Part shown: positions 1 through 8,172 of the stretch, piece after piece
Numbering within the stretch: position 1 is the stretch's first letter
Layout of the letters: every line of letters starts with the position of its first letter
Source: Candidatus Sulfotelmatobacter sp.
Lineage (GTDB): Bacteria; Pseudomonadota; Alphaproteobacteria; Rhodospirillales; Magnetospirillaceae
DNA length: 64,000 nucleotides
Assembly: GCA_035538795.1 (NCBI GenBank)
Contig: DATLJS010000055.1
Span: 25,426 to 89,425 of the forward strand
Direction: 5' to 3'
Translations under genes and position numbers: made by a program
Notes under the pieces: generated by a model
Databases searched by the model: none
What the model was told of the DNA's origin: nothing
Seen by the model: only the letters and a program-made list of their open reading frames with translations

Positions 1-1635
1 TGGCAGCAGAACGAGACCTTCACCGCCCACCAGCCGCCCTATCTGCCGGCGACCCCGGCCGAAGCCGCCCTGCGCGACGGCGGCTTCCCCGAACTGGCCG
101 TGCGCGGCAAGCCTTCGGGAAGCCTGGAGCTGCGCCTGCCCGGCCAAGGCGTGACGGTGGAGGAAGGCGAAACCCGCACCCTGTTCACCCGTTCGTTCGA
201 CGAACCGGAACTGGCGCAAGGTCTGCACAGCTTCGGCTGGCTGTCGTTGCAGCCCGACGCCGATCCCGCCTGGGTCGCCGCCCTATGGCAGGGCTGGTCG
301 GCCCACCACGGCCTGCCGCAGCCCGACGACAGCCCGGCCTGGGACGCAGCGGTAGCGGCGCGGCGCGCCCTGAACCTGCTGGATTACGCCCGCACCCACG
401 GCCTGCCCGGCCCGCGTGAGGAAAGCGTCGCCCGGCTGGCCGCCCATGCTCCGGCCATCCTGGAGAGCCTGGACTGGCGCGAGGACGGCACCCACGACAC
501 CCGCATGATCGTTGAAGCCTGCGCCCTGATCCGTCTGGGCTTGGCTTTCGGTCTGGAAAACCACGCCAAGGCCGGTTTCGTCATCCTGGCCGAGGAAGCC
601 AAACGCCAGTTCGGCCAGGCCGGCCTGTTGAGCCAAGGCGCCACCCACCACCATCAGGTGGCGGTGATGGACATCGCCGGCGTCTGGCTGGCCACCCGCC
701 GCCTGAATCGCCCGGAAATCCACGAAATGGACGCCCTGCTGCGCCGGGTCATCAGCCCGCTGCCGGCCTTGGCGATCAGCGGCGTTCTACCCATGGTCGG
801 CGATTTGTCGGCTGAGTTTCCGCCGGAATTCCTGGTCTGCCTGCTGGCCGACGCGCCGCTGGACCAAGGCTGGACCGCCCTTTTGTCCCAGGACGACCGC
901 GACGCCTTCGCAGCTCTGCGCGATTCCGCCCGCCTGTACGATTTGGAGGCCCTGCGCGCCGACGGCTGGCTGCGCCAGACCGTGGGACCGTGGAGCGGCC
1001 TGTGGCACGGCTTCCCCACCGGCTGGTCGCCGGTCCGCGGTTACGGCCATGCCGATCTCGGCAGCGCCACGCTTCATTACGAAGGCGTTCCAGTTTTCGT
1101 CGATCCCGGCAACGGCGCATCGGGCGCCGAGGGCCGCGCCTATCGTTCGGCGGCGGCACACGGCGGTCTGACGCTGGAGGGAAGCGACCCTTATCCTCGC
1201 AACCGCGCCCTCTATTGCGACGCCTTCCGCCGCGATATCGCTGGGAAACCGCCGGTTCTACAGGCCGAATTCGACGGCGCATCCTGTGTCTTCGAAGGCT
1301 ATTCCAGAATTCTCGGCCATAACGAAGTGCAGCGCCGCTGGCGCGTGGAAGGGCGCAGCCTGATCCTCGACGACGTGGTCAACGGCACCGGCCGCGTTCT
1401 GCTGGCCCGCCGCCTGATCACCTGCCATCCCCTGGTTTTGCAAGAAGACGGCTCGGTGATTCTCTCAGCCCCCGGCTTCGCCCTGCGCATCAGGGGCGAC
1501 GTCAGGGCGGAACTGAAGCCCGGCAAGGTCTGGACCGCCTGGGGCGAATTCCAACCGGCCCAGGCCATCGTTTTCCAAAGCCGGGTCAATTTCCCCTGGC
1601 AGGGCCGCATCATCGTCGAGCCCCTGGCACAGTGA
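1..1635 (+). CDS. heparinase II/III-like family protein (5' end possibly outside window)
   Basis: Frame 1 is open from base 1 and the first in-window start is GTG at 100. The C-terminal half (GYGHADLGSATLHYEGVPVFVDPGN...) resembles the heparinase II/III-like domain. The stop overlaps the next gene's start (GTGA at 1632-1635). Confidence 0.55.
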   Translation, partial: WQQNETFTAHQPPYLPATPAEAALRDGGFPELAVRGKPSGSLELRLPGQGVTVEEGETRTLFTRSFDEPELAQGLHSFGWLSLQPDADPAWVAALWQGWSAHHGLPQPDDSPAWDAAVAARRALNLLDYARTHGLPGPREESVARLAAHAPAILESLDWREDGTHDTRMIVEACALIRLGLAFGLENHAKAGFVILAEEAKRQFGQAGLLSQGATHHHQVAVMDIAGVWLATRRLNRPEIHEMDALLRRVISPLPALAISGVLPMVGDLSAEFPPEFLVCLLADAPLDQGWTALLSQDDRDAFAALRDSARLYDLEALRADGWLRQTVGPWSGLWHGFPTGWSPVRGYGHADLGSATLHYEGVPVFVDPGNGASGAEGRAYRSAAAHGGLTLEGSDPYPRNRALYCDAFRRDIAGKPPVLQAEFDGASCVFEGYSRILGHNEVQRRWRVEGRSLILDDVVNGTGRVLLARRLITCHPLVLQEDGSVILSAPGFALRIRGDVRAELKPGKVWTAWGEFQPAQAIVFQSRVNFPWQGRIIVEPLAQ

Positions 1636-2615
1636 TCGCTGCTCTTGCCGCCCTGCTGATCACCCTGCCGCTGTCCGTTCTGGCCGTGCGGCTGGTGCTG
1701 GGCTGGCTGCGCCGCAAGCAGATCATGGATCTGCCCAACGAACGCTCCAGCCACAGCCTGCCGACACCCCGCGGCGGCGGTTTGGCGGTGACGCCGGTCT
1801 GTCTGCTCGGCTGGGGCGTGCTGCTGGCTTTCGGCGCCACGCTTCCCGGCACCGCCCTGGCTTTGGCCGCCGCCGCCGCCCTGCTGGCGCTATCATGGCT
1901 CGACGACCGCCACGGCCTGCCGCCGGGCCGGCGCTTCGCCGTGCATATCGCCGCCTGCGCCCTGGGTCTAGCCGCCTTGCCGAACGACGCTTTGATCTTT
2001 CAAGGCGTTCTGCCCTTCTGGCTCGACCGCCTGACCGCTCTGATGGGCTATGTCTGGTTCGTCAATCTGTTCAATTTCATGGACGGCATCGACGGTATTT
2101 CCGGCACGCAAACCGCCTGCATCGCCTTAGGCCTGATCTTGCTGGCGTTCCTGACCGCCCGCGGCGAAGCCATGGCCCAGCCCGCCGTGCTGCTGGCCGC
2201 CGCTCTGGGATTTCTGTTCTGGAACTGGCATCCGGCCAAGCTGTTCCTGGGCGATTCCGGCAGCGTGCCGCTGGGCTTTCTGCTGGGATGGTTGCTGCTG
2301 GACCAGGCCGCTCACGGCCATCTGGCCGCCGCCCTGATCCTGCCGCTTTACTATCTGGCCGACGCCACCATCACCCTGGTCTGCCGTCTGCTGCGCCGGG
2401 AAAAGGTGTGGCAGGCCCATCGCCAGCATTTCTATCAGCAGGCCCTGGCGGGCGGACGCAGCCACGACAAAGTAGTGCTGGTCATCCTGTTGGGCAATCT
2501 GGTGCTGATCGCCCTGGCTTTGGATTCTCTGCTGATGCCTTGGCCGTCCCTGGCCTTGGCCGCCGTCATCACCGGACTGATGCTGCGCCAGTTGAGGCGG
2601 ATGGCGAAAGCCTGA
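1632..2615 (+). CDS. glycosyltransferase family 4 (MraY/WecA-like polyprenyl-phosphate sugar-1-phosphate transferase)
   Basis: 327-aa polytopic membrane protein carrying the NLFNFMDGIDGISG motif typical of the MraY/WecA family. It is translationally coupled to the upstream gene. Confidence 0.8.
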   Translation: MIAALAALLITLPLSVLAVRLVLGWLRRKQIMDLPNERSSHSLPTPRGGGLAVTPVCLLGWGVLLAFGATLPGTALALAAAAALLALSWLDDRHGLPPGRRFAVHIAACALGLAALPNDALIFQGVLPFWLDRLTALMGYVWFVNLFNFMDGIDGISGTQTACIALGLILLAFLTARGEAMAQPAVLLAAALGFLFWNWHPAKLFLGDSGSVPLGFLLGWLLLDQAAHGHLAAALILPLYYLADATITLVCRLLRREKVWQAHRQHFYQQALAGGRSHDKVVLVILLGNLVLIALALDSLLMPWPSLALAAVITGLMLRQLRRMAKA

Positions 2616-2653
2616 AAAAAACGCCCCCGGGCAAGCCTGGGGACGTTTTCATT
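2615..2653. terminator. putative bidirectional intrinsic terminator between convergent genes
   Basis: An A-run, an imperfect GC-rich hairpin (ACGCCCC...GGGGACGT, one mismatch) and a T-run lie between the GT4 stop (2615) and the gdh stop (2671). Confidence 0.5.
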
Positions 2654-2670
2654 GTTACCTCAAAACGATC

Positions 2671-5600
2671 CTACCGCTCGGTCAGGCCCCGGAACTGGTG
2701 GCTGGCGACCGTCAGGCTGGCCAGCTCCAGTTTTCCGACGGCGCGCAGTTCGGCCAGCAACTGGTCGGTGCGGGCCACTGCCGCCTTGCGGTTTTCGATC
2801 CAAGCCGCCAGAGCCTCCTCGGCGGCCACGCCGGGCGCCTCCTGGGCGACGCTTTCGCACAAAGCCGCCTGACGCACGTAAAGATCGTCGATCACGGCGT
2901 CGCTCGCCATTTTCTGCCAATGGCTGCCAGCCGGCATTTTCTCGGCGGACGCCCGCAGCCAGCCCAGGCCGAAACGACCGCCCACCAGGAAATACAACTG
3001 CCCCACCGCCTCGACCGGCTGGGCGATGCGCATGGCGATGCGGGCGATATCGTTGGCCGAAGCCAGGACGATCAGCGCCGCCACCCGCTGGGCCAGATCC
3101 TCCGGCACACCCTGTTCACGGAAGGATTCGGCGCGGGCGGCCAGCATGGCGGCGGTTTCCGGCGGCAGAACCTGCTGGAACTGGCCGCGGACGGCTTGGA
3201 TGCCGGGCGCCAGGTCGACGCGCAAGCGAGCCATGTCGATAGGCCGCGGCGCATGGGCCAAAACCCAGCTGACGGCCCGTTCCAGCAGACGGTTGGCCTC
3301 GATCAGCATGGCCGTCTGCACAGTGGCCGGAACTTTGTTGTCCAAGGCTTCGATGTCCTTCCACACCTCGCGCAGGCCGAAGGCGTCACGGGCGATCAGA
3401 TAGGCGCGGGCCACTTCCGCCGGCGGCGTGCCGGTGCGCTCCACCAGACGGGCGACGATCGAACCTCCGATGCGGTTGACCATGCTGTTGGTGGCCACCG
3501 TGGCGATGATCTCGCGGCGCAGGCGGTGATTGGCCATGCGCTCGCGCCATTCCGGCGTGTCCAGCCGCTTGGGGAAATAGCGGATCAGATCCTCGGCCAG
3601 CATGGGATCGTCGGGCAGATCGGATTCGAGAATGGCGTCGTAAAGCCACATCTTGGAATAGGCCAGCAGCACGGCGATTTCCGGACGGGTCAGCCCCCGG
3701 CCGGAATGGCTGCGGCGCGACAGTTCGGCGTCGTCGGGCAGAAATTCGACGGCGCGGTCCAGCCGCCCCGCCCGTTCCAGCAGACGCATGAAGCGTTCCT
3801 GCTGGTCCAGCATGGCCGGAGCCTGGGCCTCGAACAGGGTAATAGCCTGACTTTGCAGATAATTGTCCCGCAGCACCAGATGCCCCACTTCGTCGGTCAT
3901 CGCCGCCAGCAGTTCGTTGCGCTGCTTCTGAGTCAGATCACCCGACGCCAAGGCCGAATCCACCAGGATTTTGATGTTGACCTCGTGGTCCGAGCAGTCG
4001 ACGCCCGCCGAATTGTCGATGGCGTCGGTGTTGCCTCGTCCCGCCGCCAGGGCGTATTCGACGCGCCCAAGCTGGGTCATGGCCAGATTGGCGCCTTCGC
4101 CGATTACCTTGCAGCGCAAATCCTTGCCGTTGATGCGCAAAGCCTCGTTGGCGCGGTCGCCCACCTCGGCGTTGGTCTCATCCTCCGACTTGACATAGGT
4201 GCCGATGCCGCCGAACCACAGCAAATCCACCGGCGCGGTCAGCAGAATGCGGATCAGTTCGGTGGGCGTCAGATGATCCGCCTCGATTGCGAAACGTTCC
4301 TTGATCTGAGGCGTCAGGCTCACCGACTTGGCATCGCGCGGGAAGATGGCGCCGCCCGCCGACAGCTTGGCGACGTCGTAATCCGCCCAGCTTGAGCGGG
4401 GCAGGGCGAACATGCGCTGACGCTCGGCGTAGGAGCTTGAGGCGTCCGGGTTGGGATCGACGAAGATATGCCGGTGATCAAAGGCCGCCAGCAACTGGGT
4501 ATGCCGGGAATTCAGCATGCCGTTGCCGAAAACGTCGCCCGACATGTCGCCGACGCCGATGGCCGTGAAGTCCTGTTCCTGGCAGTCGATGCCCATTTCG
4601 CGGAAATGGCGCTTCACCGATTCCCAGGCGCCGCGGGCGGTGATGCCCATGACCTTGTGGTCATAGCCCTGCGATCCGCCCGAGGCGAAGGCGTCGCCCA
4701 GCCAGAAGCCGTATTCGGCGGAAATGCCGTTGGCGATGTCCGAGAAAGTGGCCGTGCCCTTGTCGGCGGCGACCACCAGATAGGGATCGTCGGCGTCGCG
4801 GCGTACCACGTTCGCAGGCGGTACGACGGCGCCGTCCGCCAGATTGTCGGTGATGTCCAGCAGGCCGCGCATCAGGGTCTTGTAGCATTCGACGCCTTCG
4901 GCCATGAAGGCTTCGCGGCCGCCTGTCTTCGGCGGCTGTTTGACCACGAAGCCGCCCTTGGAGCCTACCGGCACGATGACGGCGTTCTTGACCATCTGCG
5001 CCTTGATCAGACCCAGGATCTCGGTGCGGAAATCCTCGGGACGGTCCGACCAGCGAATGCCGCCGCGGGCCACCTTGCCGCCGCGCAGATGGATGCCCTC
5101 CACACGCGGGCTGTAGACGAACACCTCGACATTGGGGCGGGGCAGGGGCAGGCCGGTCACCTTTTTGCTGTCCAGCTTGATGGACAGATAATCTTTGCCC
5201 TGGAAGAAGTTGGTGCGCAGCGTGCTGTCGATCAGATTCAGGAACCAGCGCAGAATCCGGTCCTCGTCGGCGCTGACGATCTTTTCCAGTTCGGCCTCGA
5301 TGGCGGCATGAATGTCGGCGGCTTCGTCGGCGACGGCCGGGTCGAAGCGGCGCTCGAACAATTGGACCAATAAGGCGGCGGTAAGCGGATTGCCGGTGAC
5401 GCTTTTTTCCACATAAGCCTGGCTGAAGGTGGAACCGGCCTGGCGCAGATATTTGGCATAGGCCCGCAGCACCATCACCTGACGCCAGGACAGGCCACCG
5501 TTGATGATCAGGCGGTTGAAGCCGTCATCTTCGGCGGCGTTCTGCCAGATGGCACGGAAAGCCTCCTCGAAGCGGACACGCAAGGATTCGATGTCCACCG

Positions 5601-7458
5601 ACGCGCCGTCGACCGTCACCATGGTGAAGTCGTGAATCCACACCGGCTGGGCGTCGCCGCCCTGGTTCAGGGCGTGCGGCACTTCCGAAATCACCTTGAA
5701 GCCCAAATGCTCGAAAACGGGAAGCACGTCCGACAGATGCACCGGATCGCCCTTGCGGTAGATCTTGAAGCGGATTTCCGCCTCGGCGGATTCCAGCGGG
5801 CGATAGACATGCAGACCGACGCCGTCGCCGGCGGCTTCGATGCGGTCCAGATCGACCAGCGCCGTGCGCGGGCCGTAGGTGTCGCGGTAGGCCGGCGAGA
5901 AAGAGCGGCCCCAGCGGCGGTACAAAGCCAGTCCCCGGTCCTCGCCGTGCTCGTCCACCAGCACTTCCTGAAGGCGGTCGCTCCAGGAGCGGGCAGCTTC
6001 GGCCAAACGGGCCTCCAGGGCCAAGGGGTCGACGTCGCGGGCCAGATTGGCGCCGCCGGTGCGGATGATGAAATGCAGGCGTGCCAGGGGGTTGTCGGCC
6101 ACCTGGGTATACCAGGCCACCACCTTGCCGCCGATGGCGTTTTCCAGCAGCTCGACCACCTGCAGCCGCAGGGCGGTGTCGTAGCGGTCGCGGGGAATGA
6201 AGACCAGCGCCGAGACGAAACGGCCGAATTCGTCTCGACGCAGGAACAGCGCCACCTTTTGCCGTTCCTGCAAACGCAGAATGGCCAGCGCGGTGTCGAA
6301 CAGAACCTCCTCGCCGGCCTGCATCAGTTCGTCGCGGGGATAGTTTTCCAGAATCACCTGCAGGGCGCGGCCGTCGTGGCTGTCGGCGCGGAAGCCGGCC
6401 CGCTCGATGACCCCCTGCACCTTGCGGCGCAGCAGCGGAATCAGGGCGGGCGGACGGGTATAGGCGGCGGCGGCGTACAGACCGGCCAGCACATGCATGC
6501 CGACCACGTTGCCCTTGTCGTCGAAACGCTTGATGCCGACGATGTCCATCAATACCGGACGATGCACCGACGACGCCCGATCGGCCTTGGCCATCAGCAG
6601 CAGCGAGGGACGGCGGAGAAAGGCCACCACCTCGGGCGGCATCGAGGCCAGATCCCGTTCCTCGTCGAAGACGCGGACCGAGGCGTCCCGCAACAGGCCC
6701 AGGCCGCTGCCGTCATCCACGACGATTGTTTCGCCTTCGAATCGAAAACTGCGACAGCCCAGGAAAGTGAAGTGGTCGTCCAGCAGCCAGTCGATGAAAT
6801 CGCGGGCTTCCGTCAGTTCCTGCACCGGGATGTTGGGCAGGTCGGCCGACAGATCGGCCAGAATGGCGTCGGTGCGGGCGCGCATGGGCCGCCAATCCTC
6901 GACGGCGGCGCGGACATCGGCCAGAACGGCGGTCAGCGTTCCCTCGATGGCGGCATGGCGGTCGGCCGGCTGGCGGTCGATCTCGATATGCATCAGGCTT
7001 TCAAGAGGGCTGCCGGTCGGCACCTCTTCTGGAAAATCCGTCAGCTTGCCGTCGCCGTCGCGGCTGACCGGCAGAATCGGATGCACCACCAGATGCACGG
7101 CGATATCCAGCCGCTGCAAGGCCCCGGTGATGGAATCCACGAGGAAGGGCATGTCGTCGTTGACGATTTGCAGCACCGCATGTTCGCTTTCCCAGCCGCC
7201 TTCGTCGGGCCGGGGCTGGATCAGGCGCAGCTTGGGCTGGCCGGGCTTGCGCTGCCGAGCGAAACCGTGCAGGGCCATCACCGCCGCATACAGCGATTCC
7301 GGCTCACGATGCAGAATGTCCTCGGGCACCACGTTGGCATAGAAAGCCGCCAGCAATCTTCTGACCGGCCCCAGGGCCTCGGCTGGCACTCTTTCTTCGG
7401 CCAGTTTGGTAACGCGGTCGATAAGACGGTCTTTCAAATGATCTATACGCTGTGCCAT
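2671..7458 (-). CDS. gdhZ: NAD-specific glutamate dehydrogenase, large (~180 kDa) class
   Basis: Uninterrupted ~1600-codon ORF with long collinear similarity to the large bacterial NAD-GDH family (e.g. RGGIRWSDRPEDFRTEILGL, GVGDMSGDVFGNGML). The start is set at ATG 7458 (MAQRIDHLKD), which has a GGAGA Shine-Dalgarno 5 nt upstream. The ORF-track start at 7542 is probably an upstream extension. Confidence 0.92.
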   Translation of the reverse strand: MAQRIDHLKDRLIDRVTKLAEERVPAEALGPVRRLLAAFYANVVPEDILHREPESLYAAVMALHGFARQRKPGQPKLRLIQPRPDEGGWESEHAVLQIVNDDMPFLVDSITGALQRLDIAVHLVVHPILPVSRDGDGKLTDFPEEVPTGSPLESLMHIEIDRQPADRHAAIEGTLTAVLADVRAAVEDWRPMRARTDAILADLSADLPNIPVQELTEARDFIDWLLDDHFTFLGCRSFRFEGETIVVDDGSGLGLLRDASVRVFDEERDLASMPPEVVAFLRRPSLLLMAKADRASSVHRPVLMDIVGIKRFDDKGNVVGMHVLAGLYAAAAYTRPPALIPLLRRKVQGVIERAGFRADSHDGRALQVILENYPRDELMQAGEEVLFDTALAILRLQERQKVALFLRRDEFGRFVSALVFIPRDRYDTALRLQVVELLENAIGGKVVAWYTQVADNPLARLHFIIRTGGANLARDVDPLALEARLAEAARSWSDRLQEVLVDEHGEDRGLALYRRWGRSFSPAYRDTYGPRTALVDLDRIEAAGDGVGLHVYRPLESAEAEIRFKIYRKGDPVHLSDVLPVFEHLGFKVISEVPHALNQGGDAQPVWIHDFTMVTVDGASVDIESLRVRFEEAFRAIWQNAAEDDGFNRLIINGGLSWRQVMVLRAYAKYLRQAGSTFSQAYVEKSVTGNPLTAALLVQLFERRFDPAVADEAADIHAAIEAELEKIVSADEDRILRWFLNLIDSTLRTNFFQGKDYLSIKLDSKKVTGLPLPRPNVEVFVYSPRVEGIHLRGGKVARGGIRWSDRPEDFRTEILGLIKAQMVKNAVIVPVGSKGGFVVKQPPKTGGREAFMAEGVECYKTLMRGLLDITDNLADGAVVPPANVVRRDADDPYLVVAADKGTATFSDIANGISAEYGFWLGDAFASGGSQGYDHKVMGITARGAWESVKRHFREMGIDCQEQDFTAIGVGDMSGDVFGNGMLNSRHTQLLAAFDHRHIFVDPNPDASSSYAERQRMFALPRSSWADYDVAKLSAGGAIFPRDAKSVSLTPQIKERFAIEADHLTPTELIRILLTAPVDLLWFGGIGTYVKSEDETNAEVGDRANEALRINGKDLRCKVIGEGANLAMTQLGRVEYALAAGRGNTDAIDNSAGVDCSDHEVNIKILVDSALASGDLTQKQRNELLAAMTDEVGHLVLRDNYLQSQAITLFEAQAPAMLDQQERFMRLLERAGRLDRAVEFLPDDAELSRRSHSGRGLTRPEIAVLLAYSKMWLYDAILESDLPDDPMLAEDLIRYFPKRLDTPEWRERMANHRLRREIIATVATNSMVNRIGGSIVARLVERTGTPPAEVARAYLIARDAFGLREVWKDIEALDNKVPATVQTAMLIEANRLLERAVSWVLAHAPRPIDMARLRVDLAPGIQAVRGQFQQVLPPETAAMLAARAESFREQGVPEDLAQRVAALIVLASANDIARIAMRIAQPVEAVGQLYFLVGGRFGLGWLRASAEKMPAGSHWQKMASDAVIDDLYVRQAALCESVAQEAPGVAAEEALAAWIENRKAAVARTDQLLAELRAVGKLELASLTVASHQFRGLTER

Positions 7459-7529
7459 CACTGTCTCCGAAATAGGCAACTCGCCCAAAAAATAGGCTAA
7501 TCGCTTTCTTCCGGAAAACAAGACTCCGG

Positions 7530-7571
7530 AAAAAATATTCACGGGATAACTTCACCACATGAATATTTTTT
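7530..7571. repeat. perfect 12-bp AT-rich inverted repeat (AAAAAATATTCA-N18-TGAATATTTTTT)
   Basis: Read directly from the sequence. It lies 13 nt downstream of the lipoprotein gene stop and about 70 nt upstream of the gdhZ start. It could be a weak terminator or an operator. Confidence 0.6.
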
Positions 7572-7584
7572 TCACGTATAGAAA

Positions 7585-8154
7585 TCAAGTGGGGTCGCCG
7601 CTACCCTGCAGTGTATCGTCTGGCCGGAACAATTCTACTTCCATGCGCTTCAGCAATCCCGACAGATCCGGATCGTCGATGCCGTTGGGACTGTACCAGC
7701 CCTGAGCCTGAGAGGCGGCGCGACCGGAAACGCAGAAGGCCATGACCACGGCCACTTCACCCGGCTTGTCGCCCGGACTCGCGAAAGGCGCCACCTTGGC
7801 CCCGTCGCACAAATCCTGTCCGACGACGCCGTTGTTCGGGCTGAATTCGACGATCATGCGGTAATTGGAGACGGCGCTGGCGTCCGGCGACAAACGCGGC
7901 CGCGTTGGCGGCTGCAAGATGCCGGCATGACCCACCGCTTTCTCCACCATGGCGTCCAGCATCGGCTTGTCGGCGGCGGCGAAAGGATTGCCGCGCACTT
8001 CCAAGGCCAGATCGCGGTCGCCGGCGCCATAGCGGTAAAGCTCGGCCAAATAGGTTCCCCGCTCGGTGTTGGGAGCCACCCGAGGCAGGGAACAACCGGC
8101 CAGCAGCGCCGCCGAAACCAGCACCATCGGCAATGAGGAAAAAGTTTTTATCAT
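7585..8154 (-). CDS. hypothetical lipoprotein
   Basis: The N-terminus MIKTFSSLPMVLVSAALLAGCS has a signal peptide plus an LAGC lipobox. The gene sits 18 nt downstream of the rSAM-GT41 gene on the same strand. I recognise no family. Confidence 0.6.
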   Translation of the reverse strand: MIKTFSSLPMVLVSAALLAGCSLPRVAPNTERGTYLAELYRYGAGDRDLALEVRGNPFAAADKPMLDAMVEKAVGHAGILQPPTRPRLSPDASAVSNYRMIVEFSPNNGVVGQDLCDGAKVAPFASPGDKPGEVAVVMAFCVSGRAASQAQGWYSPNGIDDPDLSGLLKRMEVELFRPDDTLQGSGDPT

Positions 8155-8172
8155 GATGAAACGCTCCCGCAC

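Noticed and set aside
1625-1640. Sigma-54-like element TGGCAC-N5-TCGCT (GG-N10-GC spacing)
   Set aside because: It lies across the stop/start junction of two translationally coupled genes. The -12 element is imperfect and there is no intergenic space, so this is most likely a chance match.
2698-7500. Long plus-strand ORFs (2698-4395, 565 aa; 4468-5373; 5632-7500, 622 aa) opposite the gdhZ gene
   Set aside because: Their translations are low-complexity and Ala/Gly/Arg/Gln-rich with no recognisable motifs. They lie entirely antisense to a 1596-aa ORF with clear NAD-GDH similarity, so they are typical high-GC shadow ORFs.
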